Below, in pieces: positions 45,859-54,162 of a stretch of 64,000 nt of DNA. The notes under the pieces were generated by a model, which saw only the letters and a program-made list of their open reading frames with translations, was not told the DNA's origin and did no database searches. Location of the stretch: the NCBI GenBank assembly GCA_963772365.1, contig CAVYXA010000004.1, positions 37,761 through 101,760 on the forward strand. Reading direction: 5' to 3'. The first letter of the stretch is position 1; every line of letters starts with the position of its first letter. Position numbers and translations under genes: made by a program. The stretch is from an uncultured Verrucomicrobiae bacterium. Lineage in GTDB: Bacteria; Verrucomicrobiota; Verrucomicrobiia; Chthoniobacterales; UBA10450.

Positions 45859-45944
45859 TCTGAGCCAGGCGAAGAATATCTGATCATTCTTTGTCAGTCA
45901 TGGAGAGCAATGATTGGAGATGTTTCGCTCCGCTCAAACATGAC
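45854..45944. repeat. Family A hairpin element, copy 3 (diverged)
   Basis: GTCATTCTGAGCCAGGCGAAGAATATC...GATGTTTCGCTCCGCTCAAACATGAC lies in the pstS-pstC spacer. Confidence 0.7.
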
Positions 45945-45955
45945 AGAAATAAGAG

Positions 45956-47002
45956 CTAGTATTTGATTTCGTTAATTCGCTTCAACACCCGTTTCTGCAC
46001 GTTGTCCGGCAATGGAGCATAATCCAGATCCTTGGCCATTTGTTCACCCTTGGTCTCGGCCCATTTCAGGAATTCAACGATCTTCTTGCCCTTTGCGTGG
46101 TCCTTCTGGTTTTGGTAAACGAGCAACCAGGTGGCGCCCGCGATCGGATAAGCGTCTTTGCCCGGCGCGTTCGTCATCGAGAATCGGAAATCATCTGGAA
46201 TATCTGCGGTCGCCAGCGCGGCGGTGACCGATTCCAAGCTTGGCTTAACGAATTCTCCGGCGGCATTCTTTACGTCCGCGTAGGGCATCTTATTCTGGAT
46301 CGCATAGATCAGTTCCACATAACCAAGCGCCCCTGGCGTTTGCTTCACTTGTCCGGCCACGCCTTCATTGCCTTTGCCACCAATTCCGGTCGGCCAGCTT
46401 ACTGACGTATTTGTGCCTACCTTTGATTTCCACTCCGGGCTGATCTTACTCAAGTAATCAGTCCAGATGTAGGTCGTTCCGCTGCCATCCGAACGATGCA
46501 CGACGACGATTTCCTGGTCGGGTAACGAGACGCCCGGATTCAACGCCACGAGCTTCGGATCATTCCATTTCTTGATCTGGCCAAGAAAAACGCCGGCGAT
46601 CGTATCGCTGTCGAACTTCAGGGTTGGATTGCCGGGGAGATTATAAGCAACGACATCCGCGCCCGCGACAGTGGGAATGTGCAACAATTTCCCCGGCGCT
46701 TTGGCCAGATTTTCATCGCTCATCGGGCCGTCGGATGCGCCGAAGTCGACGGTTTGAGCGAGGATTTGCTTCTGGCCGCCACCGGATCCGATCGACTGGT
46801 AATTGAACCGGACCGATGGATCAACCTTGGCATATTGATCGAACCACTTTGAGTAGATCGGATACGGGAAGGTAGCGCCGGCTCCATTGATCATCATCTG
46901 CGCCGAAGCGGTCGCAGTGATACCAACCAGCAGAACGCCTGTGAAAAATTTGCGGACGAGGTTGAGAGAATTCATAGATGCTCGCACCCTGCCGCAACCC
47001 AT
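45956..47002 (-). CDS. pstS: Phosphate ABC transporter substrate-binding protein PstS
   Basis: INGAGATFPYPIYSKWF, HRSDGSGTT and GALGYVE motifs. The likely true start is MNSLNLV at 46975. Confidence 0.9.
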   Translation of the reverse strand: MGCGRVRASMNSLNLVRKFFTGVLLVGITATASAQMMINGAGATFPYPIYSKWFDQYAKVDPSVRFNYQSIGSGGGQKQILAQTVDFGASDGPMSDENLAKAPGKLLHIPTVAGADVVAYNLPGNPTLKFDSDTIAGVFLGQIKKWNDPKLVALNPGVSLPDQEIVVVHRSDGSGTTYIWTDYLSKISPEWKSKVGTNTSVSWPTGIGGKGNEGVAGQVKQTPGALGYVELIYAIQNKMPYADVKNAAGEFVKPSLESVTAALATADIPDDFRFSMTNAPGKDAYPIAGATWLLVYQNQKDHAKGKKIVEFLKWAETKGEQMAKDLDYAPLPDNVQKRVLKRINEIKY

Positions 47003-47024
47003 TCCGAAGCGTCAAAATTTTTAG

Positions 47025-47042
47025 TGTTACGTTTGTGTGACG
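47025..47042 (-). promoter_or_regulatory. Pho-box-like direct repeat upstream of pstS
   Basis: The minus strand reads CGTCACA-CAAA-CGTAACA: two 7-nt direct repeats with 11-bp periodicity, 50-67 nt upstream of the ATG at 46975. It resembles the PhoB box layout (CTGTCAT-N4-CTGTCAT). Confidence 0.3.
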
Positions 47043-47054
47043 CAACATGAGATT

Positions 47055-47158
47055 GCGCCGGCACCCGGAGCGGCTGCGCTACAAGAAGAAGATCCGCTGA
47101 GACAGACAGCGGACACTACAGCATCCTTACCGCTGTAGCGTGCGCTGTCCTCAGCGCA
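47055..47158. repeat. Cluster of three Family C GTAG-REP units upstream of pstS
   Basis: The cluster reads ...GCGCCGGCACCCGGAGCGGCTGCGCTACAA, then GATCCGCTGAGACAGACAGCGGACACTACAG, then CTGTAGCGTGCGCTGTCCTCAGCGCA. The last unit is identical over 26 nt to the unit at 29236..29261 in pqqE. Confidence 0.75.
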
Positions 47159-47213
47159 TTGGATCAACGCGTGGCTACATCCAAGTTCCCGCCCGGAGCA
47201 ATCGACGCCGAAA

Positions 47214-47903
47214 TCAGAAACGCATGACCGGTGCGATGTGTAAAAGCGAGCCTTCGCTGGTCAGATTGGAGATCGAGTGGTAGGCGATTTCAGCAACGCG
47301 ACGACTGACATCTTCAGGCGTAAAACTGTTGCCCGTTTCCTTCTCAATGGATGTCATGGTCACATCTTGAATCCCACACGGAATGATCTGACTGAACGGC
47401 GCGAGATCGCCGCACACATTCAACGCGAATCCATGCATGGTAATCCAGTGGCGCACTCCGACTCCGATTGACGCAATCTTGCGATCGTGCACCCACACAC
47501 CCGTTAGGCCAGGACGAGTCCGGCCCGCGATATCGAAAATGCGCAGGGTTTTCACGAGCAAATCTTCGATCCAACGCAAATATCGATGCAGGTCCTGGCC
47601 GCACCGTCGAAGATCGACAATCGGATATCCGATTAGTTGGCCGGGCCCATGATAGGTGGCCTGGCCACCGCGATTAATTGTAAACAGCGGATGCGGAAGA
47701 TGCGCTGCATCGAGCAGACTCGATTGATCCGGAGTCCGGCCCATGGTGTAAACCGGATCGTGCTCGAGCATCAGCAAACAGTCCGGCGCCAGTCGATTCT
47801 CCCGTTTCTGCGCAACCAATTCTTCCTGCATCTGGAGCGCGTCGGCGAAAGGCACTCGGCCCAGCCAGCGCCATTCGAATGTTTTGCTATTGGCCGTGTT
47901 CAT
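47214..47903 (-). CDS. lipB: Octanoyltransferase (lipoyl(octanoyl) transferase)
   Basis: LMLEHDPVYTMGR, INRGGQATYHGPGQL, KIASIGV and HGFALNV blocks. Confidence 0.88.
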   Translation of the reverse strand: MNTANSKTFEWRWLGRVPFADALQMQEELVAQKRENRLAPDCLLMLEHDPVYTMGRTPDQSSLLDAAHLPHPLFTINRGGQATYHGPGQLIGYPIVDLRRCGQDLHRYLRWIEDLLVKTLRIFDIAGRTRPGLTGVWVHDRKIASIGVGVRHWITMHGFALNVCGDLAPFSQIIPCGIQDVTMTSIEKETGNSFTPEDVSRRVAEIAYHSISNLTSEGSLLHIAPVMRF

Positions 47904-48436
47904 ATTTGTGATTCACCCGGAATGCCCAAGCGCATCATTTCCTGGGCTCGCAAATGAGTGAGCCCGATGGCCAGCGCATCAGCGGCGTCCGCATCTGGAG
48001 TTTCTGTTAAGCCCAGCAAGGCCCGCACCATGAAAGCAACCTGATTTTTTGCCGCGCCGCCACGGCCGACGGTGGCTTGTTTGATGCGGCGCGGCGAATA
48101 TTCGAAAATCGGCAATCCGTTTTCCGCCGCAGCCAGAATAGCAGCGCCGCGAGCCGCGCCGAGCAGGATCGCGGTTTTGTGACTCTGCACATAAATCACG
48201 CTTTCCAGCGCACAACAATCCGGTTGGTGCGTTTTAATAAGTTCCGCTAATTGAGCGCGAATCCCGACGAGGCAGGATGAGGAGCGCAACGAGCTGGGAT
48301 TGCGAATGGTGCCGAAATATAACGCCCTGGCCTTGCCGTTGTTTGCATCGACAACCGCGACTCCCGTGTTCCGCAACGATGCATCGACAGCCAAAACTCG
48401 CACCGCCCAACTTAGGATCGACCATCGCCGGTTCAA
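47900..48436 (-). CDS. ruvC: Holliday junction resolvase RuvC
   Basis: VLAVDASLRNTGVAVVD (catalytic Asp), ALESVIY, and a C-terminal DAADALAIGLTH. Its stop overlaps the lipB start. Confidence 0.85.
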   Translation of the reverse strand: MNRRWSILSWAVRVLAVDASLRNTGVAVVDANNGKARALYFGTIRNPSSLRSSSCLVGIRAQLAELIKTHQPDCCALESVIYVQSHKTAILLGAARGAAILAAAENGLPIFEYSPRRIKQATVGRGGAAKNQVAFMVRALLGLTETPDADAADALAIGLTHLRAQEMMRLGIPGESQI

Positions 48437-48484
48437 GATGGAATCGACAATCTCTGTCGAGCTAGTTAATTCATCGGGAATTCA

Positions 48485-49192
48485 ATGAGCGAACCTGTTC
48501 GGCAACAAACTTGTGTTGTTTGCAAGAAATCATTCCCGTCCTCTCGCGGACAGCTGGCGGAGCTGATTCGGCCATCGCTGCACGAATTCGTTCGCAAACG
48601 TCTGCCGGGTTGGGATGGCAAGGGCTTCATCTGTCTCAATGATCTCGGCGAATTCAGAAAAGAATATGTAAAGGACGTCCTGGAGGACGAGATCGGCGAG
48701 CTGACCGCACTCGACCAGGAAGTCATCGAAAGTTTGCAAGAGCACGAAATCCTCTCGAGCAACATCAGCCAACAATTCGAGCGAAAGCTGACGTTTGGCG
48801 AGCGACTTTCCGATCACATTGCGACGTTTGGCGGCAGTTGGCGTTTCATCATCCTCTTCGGAACCGTCCTTCTCGGCTGGATAGCTCTCAACGTAATCGT
48901 GTTCCTTAACCGTGGATTCGATCCTTACCCATTCATCCTGCTTAATTTGATTCTATCCTGTCTGGCGGCGATTCAGGCGCCGATCATCATGATGAGCCAA
49001 AATCGGTCGGAAGCGCGGGATCGCTTGCGAGCCGAAAATGATTACAAGGTCAATCTGAAAGCCGAGCTGGAAATTCGACACCTGCACGAAAAAATCGATC
49101 ATCTTCTGCGCCGGCAATACAATCGGCTTTTCGAAATTCAGCAGATCCAGATCGAGCTGCTGGAAGAGCTGGGGCGAAAACGGCGCCCGTGA
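48485..49192 (+). CDS. DUF1003 family membrane protein
   Basis: N-terminal CVVCKK segment, RLSDHIATFGGSWRFIILF, two TM helices, then a QNRSEARDRLRAENDYKVNLKAELEI coiled region typical of DUF1003. Confidence 0.6.
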   Translation: MSEPVRQQTCVVCKKSFPSSRGQLAELIRPSLHEFVRKRLPGWDGKGFICLNDLGEFRKEYVKDVLEDEIGELTALDQEVIESLQEHEILSSNISQQFERKLTFGERLSDHIATFGGSWRFIILFGTVLLGWIALNVIVFLNRGFDPYPFILLNLILSCLAAIQAPIIMMSQNRSEARDRLRAENDYKVNLKAELEIRHLHEKIDHLLRRQYNRLFEIQQIQIELLEELGRKRRP

Positions 49193-49318
49193 TTGACCCT
49201 TCACGGAAATCAGCTCGCGCCTGCGGCGATTGGTTGCCATCGTCTTCGGGAGAAGCCGATCCACCTACATCGGGGTGGAACGCGTTGGCAAAAACAAATG
49301 CGGCTTTGGCCGCCATAC

Positions 49319-50560
49319 TTAGTCGCGACCCCAAATCATCGCCACAGATGTCGTGAGACTCCCGCCCATGTTGAAGGTGAGGAAACGTTTTGCGTTTGGA
49401 ATTTGTCGGGCACCGGCTTGCTCGCTCAGATGCTGATACGCTTCGTAAACCTGACGCACGCCGACTGGCCCCGACAGGATGCCCATCGCCAATCAAACCG
49501 CCGCCGGGGTTAACCGGAATCTCAAACGCAAACGGACCCCGCATTTTTTCATTGCGCACTTGCGGCAACGCGGTTGCGCCGCTCTTGGCCAGGTCTGCGC
49601 CTTTGCCTGGTTCGGCGAGACCCAGAATTTCGTAAACGACAATTTCGGTAACGGAAAAGCAATCGTGCACGTCCGCGCCATCGAGGTCGCGCGGCTTGAT
49701 GTTCGCCATTCCGAACGCTTTCTCCGCGGCTTTCCGTGCGATCGAAAATGTCGGCGCGTCCTTTTTGTTGAGCGGGAGGTAATCGGTCGTGTGACCGAAA
49801 CCGAGCAGGCGCGGCGTCTTCTTTTTAGCGCGCCCGGTCCTTTCCAAAAATTTTCCAGACACGAGCACGAGGCCAGCCGAGCCATCGGTGATCTGCGAGC
49901 AGTCGGAAACCTTCAATGGTGGGGCGACGCTCGGATTTTTGTCCGAGACCTGCGAGGCGCAGCTGAGAGTGAGATCGGCCTCGCGCATCTGGGCGAGGGG
50001 ATTCAATTTCGCGTGCGCGTAATTTTTCCAGGCAACAGTTGCCAGGTCGGCTTCGCTTCGCGCCGTAGTTGTCGATGTAAATTTGGGCGATCCGTCCAAA
50101 CAGTTTCGGGAACATATAATCGCCGTACTCGGGCTTTTCGTTGTGATAATCGGCCGCGGCTCCAAGCACATCCGCGCCATCGAGCGACGACATCGTTTTC
50201 TGTTGCTCCGCGCCTACCACGAGCACGACATCATAAAGTCCGCCCATGATCCATTCCGCGCCCAGCAAAACTGAGAGGGCGCCCGCTAGCGCAGGCCGCT
50301 TCGGTGTGCATCGTCGGGAATGCCGCGCAATTTCGGATCGATTTCAGGAATAAATGCGCCGAGCTGCAACTGCTTGGTGAACTGGCCGGAATTAAAATTT
50401 CCCACCGCGCCGGCCTGAATCTCTGACCGGGTCGATCTCGGCATCATCCATCGCTTTCTTGCCGGCTTCGATGATCAAATGCCGGATCGTCTTGCCTTCT
50501 TTTTCAGGTTGCGCTTAAAGTCCGTGCGCCCGCCGCCGAGATGTAAACTGGCTCGCTCAT
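49319..50560 (-). pseudogene. Thiolase (SCP-x type acetyl-CoA acyltransferase-like) pseudogene with at least 7 frameshifts
   Basis: Thiolase peptide blocks are spread over all three minus frames. They are MSEPVYISAAG / RTDFKRNLKK / EGKTIRHLIIEAGKKAMDDAEIDPV / EIQAGAVGNFNSGQFTKQLQLGAFIPEIDPKLRGIP / TMHTEAACASG / ALSVLLGAEWIMGGLYDVVLVVGAEQQ...IYIDNYG / SEADLATVAWKNY...NPGGGLIGDGHPVGA / GVRQVYEAYQHLSEQAGARQIPNAKRFLTFNMGGSLTTSVAMIWGRD, ending at the TAA at 49319. Confidence 0.75.
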
Positions 50561-50590
50561 ATAGGATAATCTACCAATCATTCCGCACTG

Positions 50591-51121
50591 TCACCACTGC
50601 GGCCGCTCATTAGCTTGATCCTCTTCCTCGGAAATTGGCCACCGTGCGTCGATCGGAAGGGAGTTCAAGCGAGTGAATAAATTCACGGAACCGCTCCGAG
50701 AAAATTCCTGTCGCAGTCTCCAATAATGCCCCATCCCGGGGGATGCGATATAATGGCGAAGAAGGCCGCACCATCCCTGCCAAATCTGTTCGTCCATGAC
50801 CCGATGAACATGATGAAAATGGATCGTTTCAAATGCCTTGAGAAATTGGTAGGCGGAATGAAAAAAGCGGGCCTGCTCTTCCGCCGATAGCGATTGGAGA
50901 TTTTCCAGACCTGCCCGCCAAATTCGGGCCAGCTCTGCGTTTTCGGCGAAAGGCCGCGTAACTTCACGAAGGGAAGTGGCTGCCGCATCCTGCGCCGCCA
51001 GTCTCGCCACACGCGTGCTTTGATGAACTTGAACCGCGAGATAAAGAACGGAAAGAACGACTGCAATCGAGCCGATGATTTGCGAGACCGCACTGATGGC
51101 GTCCCAGTTCGAATGACTCAT
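50591..51121 (-). CDS. Hypothetical membrane-anchored protein (intact, between the two pseudogenes)
   Basis: MSHSNWDAISAVSQIIGSIAVVLSVLYLAVQV (TM helix) is followed by a helical domain. Its ATG forms an ATGA overlap with the reconstructed stop of the upstream acyl-CoA dehydrogenase. I trimmed it from track ORF 50591..51202. Confidence 0.45.
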   Translation of the reverse strand: MSHSNWDAISAVSQIIGSIAVVLSVLYLAVQVHQSTRVARLAAQDAAATSLREVTRPFAENAELARIWRAGLENLQSLSAEEQARFFHSAYQFLKAFETIHFHHVHRVMDEQIWQGWCGLLRHYIASPGMGHYWRLRQEFSRSGSVNLFTRLNSLPIDARWPISEEEDQANERPQW

Positions 51122-52300
51122 GCGCAATCTGAAACTCCGAACGCGTCGATCCCGGTGACGTCCGACCGATGACCAGCATGTGGACATGTCGGGTTCCTTC
51201 ATAAGTGTAAACGCTTTCCAGATTCATCAGATGCCGGATCACTGAGTAGCGATCAGTGATGCCGGCAGCACCAAGGATGTCGCGCGCTTTGCGAGCGCAC
51301 TCGAGCGCCATGGCGACGTTGTTGCGTTTTGCCAACGAAATTTGCGCTGGTCGCGCCGTGCCGGCTTCCATAATTCGAGTCAATCGCAATGCCAAAAGTT
51401 GCGCCTTGGTAATTTCCTGCACCATCCAGGCCAGTTTTTCCTGCACGAGTTGAAAACCGGCAATCGGTCGCCCAAATTGTTCTCGAGATTTGGCGTAAAC
51501 GAGCGCCGTCTCATAGCAATCGATCGCTGCCCCAATCACCCCCCAGGCAATACCGATTCGCGCTTGTGAAAGACATGACAACGGCGCGCGCAATCCTTTC
51601 GCGTTCGGCAAACGGTTCGATTCCGGAATCCGGCAATTCGTCGAACCAACATTCCGACGTGCGCGACATGCGCAGACTGAATTTCCCTTCAATGTCGTTA
51701 GCGCGAAAACCGGGACGCGTCTTTCTCGACCACGAATCCCGCCACGCGTCCATCATCATCCTTCGCCCAGACAACTTTCACATCGGCAATGGAAGCGTTG
51801 CCGATCCAGCATTTGCTGCCGTTCAATATATAATTAGCGCCGTCGCGCTTCGCCCGGGTTTCCATCCCGCCAGGATCGGAGCCGTGCCCGTGTTCGGTCA
51901 GGGCAAAACAACCGACGCGCTCGCCCGACACCAATCCGGGCAACCAGCGCTTTTGTTGCTCAGGCGATCCGAACGAATGAATCGCATGAATGGCCAACGG
52001 GCCTTGTACCGACGCCAGCGAGCGTAATCCCGAATCCGCTCGTTCCAATTCCTGCATGATCAATCCGTAACCGGTATAACTCAGCCCGGCGCAGCCGGGC
52101 TCTTTCAGATACGGCGCATAAAACCCGAGCGAGCCCATTCGCGGGATGAGATGCTCCGGGAATTTCCCTGCGCGATGACACGGAACAACCTCCGGCATCG
52201 CTTCCTCCGCCACGAATTTTCGCGCCCGATCACGCGCGGCGCGCTCGTCATCAGTAAGCAATTCTTCAACCGCGTAGTAGTCGAGAGATCCCGGTGTCAT
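51118..52300 (-). pseudogene. Glutaryl-CoA dehydrogenase-like acyl-CoA dehydrogenase pseudogene (3 frameshifts)
   Basis: Frame A (52300..~51720) ends ...GFVVEKD. Frame B carries PGFRANDIEGKFSLRMSRTSECWFDE. Frame C carries RIPESNRLPNAKGLRAPLSCLSQARIGIAWGVIGAA...NLESVYTYEGT. A last shift near 51163 restores GRDVTGIDAFG...TGA at 51118. Length is 1183 nt, which is not a multiple of 3. Confidence 0.75.
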
Positions 52301-52331
52301 TGAGAATTCAACAGGAAGCTATTCCATAATC

Positions 52332-52412
52332 GTCATTCCGAGCGAAGTCGAGGAATCCATGGCGCAACTCACCGGTAGTTCCACGGGATGTCTCGACTTC
52401 GCTCGACATGAC
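52332..52412. repeat. Family A hairpin element, copy 4
   Basis: GTCATTCCGAGCGAAGTCGAGGAATCC...GGGATGTCTCGACTTCGCTCGACATGAC. Confidence 0.75.
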
Positions 52413-52430
52413 ATGTGGCGGCCGCAGCCT

Positions 52431-52565
52431 CCGGGTAGCGCACGCGTCTCGGGTGCTGGCAAGGGCGTCCTCGCCATTGCGAACTTTCTTTATGCCTGCA
52501 AATCACAAGCAAAGTTCGTTTCGGCGCGACGCCTAAACCCCACACCAGACGCGTGCGCTACCTGG
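52431..52565. repeat. 135-nt element bounded by 19-bp inverted repeats (MITE/REPIN-like)
   Basis: CCGGGTAGCGCACGCGTCT...AGACGCGTGCGCTACCTGG, with 18/19 complementary and both ends carrying GGTAGCGCACGCG. This is the only copy in the window. Confidence 0.5.
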
Positions 52566-52599
52566 AAATCGCGCTAGAGTCGCGCGATACGCATCAGTT

Positions 52600-54138
52600 A
52601 TGGCTCGACTCCACGAGTATCAAGGCAAAGCAATTCTGGCTGCGAATGGATTTAAGACTCCGCGGGGTCGTGCTGCATCGACTGCGGAAGAAGCAGTCAC
52701 GATCGCCAAGGACCTGATGGCAAACGGCAATGCGGGTGTGGTCATTAAAATTCAGGCCTGGACTACTGGACGCGCCGGAATTGGCGGAGTGGCTTTTGCC
52801 AAACGACCGGCCGATGTTCGCGGTCACGCCTCACGAATGTTGTCGATGAAAGTGGGCCAGTTTCCAGTCGAGGCTGTGCTGGTGGAAGAGAGGATCGACA
52901 TCGATCGCGAGTTTTTCTTGTCGTTCGCCATTGACGACGCTGCCCGGGCGCCCATCATTGTTTTCGCGGTCGGCGGCGGCACCGGAATTGAAGAGCGCGC
53001 CGCATCGACAAAGCGAATTCCTTGCGATCTCAAAACCGGACCGCTGGATTCTGCGCTTACCGAAGCCGTTGCGTCGAGCGAACTGCCCGCAGCGCAAGCA
53101 GAGAACCTGCGCGACTCGATTCGGAAATTGTATGCTGCCGCACGCAGCGTGGAAGCGCGTTCCCTAGAGATCAATCCGCTGGTGTTGACGAAAAAAGGTG
53201 AGTTCGTCGCGGCTGATTGTCGGATCACGATTGACGATTACGCCGTGGCGCGGCATCCGGATCTCAAGATCGAAATCGCGCGTGAGTTCGATCATCCACC
53301 GACGCCATTGGAGCGTGTCGCCTACGCTGTCGAACAAAACGATCACCGCGGCACATTTTATTTTGCGCAGTTGGCCACCGCGGCCGCAAAAGGATCCAAA
53401 GGGCTGGTCGGTTTTCACGGCGCTGGCGGCGGGGGATCGATGATGTCGATGGACGCGATCGTGAACGCCGGATTCACAATTGCCAATTTTACTGATACCA
53501 GCGGCAATCCATCGGCATCGAAAGTTTATCGAGCAGCGCGAATCATTCTGACTCAGCCTGATTTGGTAGGCTATTTCGGTTCCGGATCCGGCGTTGCTAG
53601 TCAGGAACAATATTGGTCGGCCTACGGATTGGCCAAGGCGTTCTGGGAACTCGAGCTCAACATACCGGCAGTGATTCGACTGGGCGGCAATACCGAAGAC
53701 CGGGCAGTAGAGATCTTGCATAGAATGGCCAAGCTGCTCGGCGCATCAATCGAAGGTTATCGCAAAACCGATTCGCCGGCTTTTATCGCCGAGCGATTCT
53801 CCCAGCTCATCGCCGAATCCGGCGGTACGAAATGGCGCCCGAGAAAACCGCGCGCGCCGAAGTTCGTTAACGATTCGGCGGCAGCCAAGCTTCCATTGAA
53901 AGCTGGCCGGGTTTGGATCGACAAGGCGAAGTGGCCCGAGATCCGTGCGGCAGTCGAGACACACTCCGCTGGATTAATTGCAGACCGCGACGGAGCTCCC
54001 TTGCCGGGTCTGCCGGATGAAGAATTCGCCACCAAAGATTCGGAGTTGCTCGCCTGCGACGTCGAATGCCGCCTGGCCGGCGTCGAGGGATTTTATCTTG
54101 AGCTTGATATTCCCGGCCTCGACGAGATTACGCCCTGA
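52600..54138 (+). CDS. Succinyl-CoA synthetase beta-subunit-like ATP-grasp protein with a ~110-aa C-terminal extension
   Basis: MARLHEYQGKAILAANGF (the SucC N-terminus), an ATP-grasp core, and a CoA-ligase domain (GAGGGGSMMSMDAIVNAGFTIANFTDTSGNPS...VIRLGGNTEDRA). No alpha-subunit gene is adjacent. Confidence 0.65.
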   Translation: MARLHEYQGKAILAANGFKTPRGRAASTAEEAVTIAKDLMANGNAGVVIKIQAWTTGRAGIGGVAFAKRPADVRGHASRMLSMKVGQFPVEAVLVEERIDIDREFFLSFAIDDAARAPIIVFAVGGGTGIEERAASTKRIPCDLKTGPLDSALTEAVASSELPAAQAENLRDSIRKLYAAARSVEARSLEINPLVLTKKGEFVAADCRITIDDYAVARHPDLKIEIAREFDHPPTPLERVAYAVEQNDHRGTFYFAQLATAAAKGSKGLVGFHGAGGGGSMMSMDAIVNAGFTIANFTDTSGNPSASKVYRAARIILTQPDLVGYFGSGSGVASQEQYWSAYGLAKAFWELELNIPAVIRLGGNTEDRAVEILHRMAKLLGASIEGYRKTDSPAFIAERFSQLIAESGGTKWRPRKPRAPKFVNDSAAAKLPLKAGRVWIDKAKWPEIRAAVETHSAGLIADRDGAPLPGLPDEEFATKDSELLACDVECRLAGVEGFYLELDIPGLDEITP

Positions 54139-54162
54139 ACAATCTCTGACTTTCGAGGCGCA

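Noticed and set aside
49050-50180. 376-aa minus-strand ORF taken as an intact gene
   Set aside because: Only its middle part (SEADLATVAWKNY...GDGHPVGA) is thiolase-like. Both ends are out-of-frame read-through. I interpret it as one segment of the frameshifted thiolase pseudogene 49319..50560.
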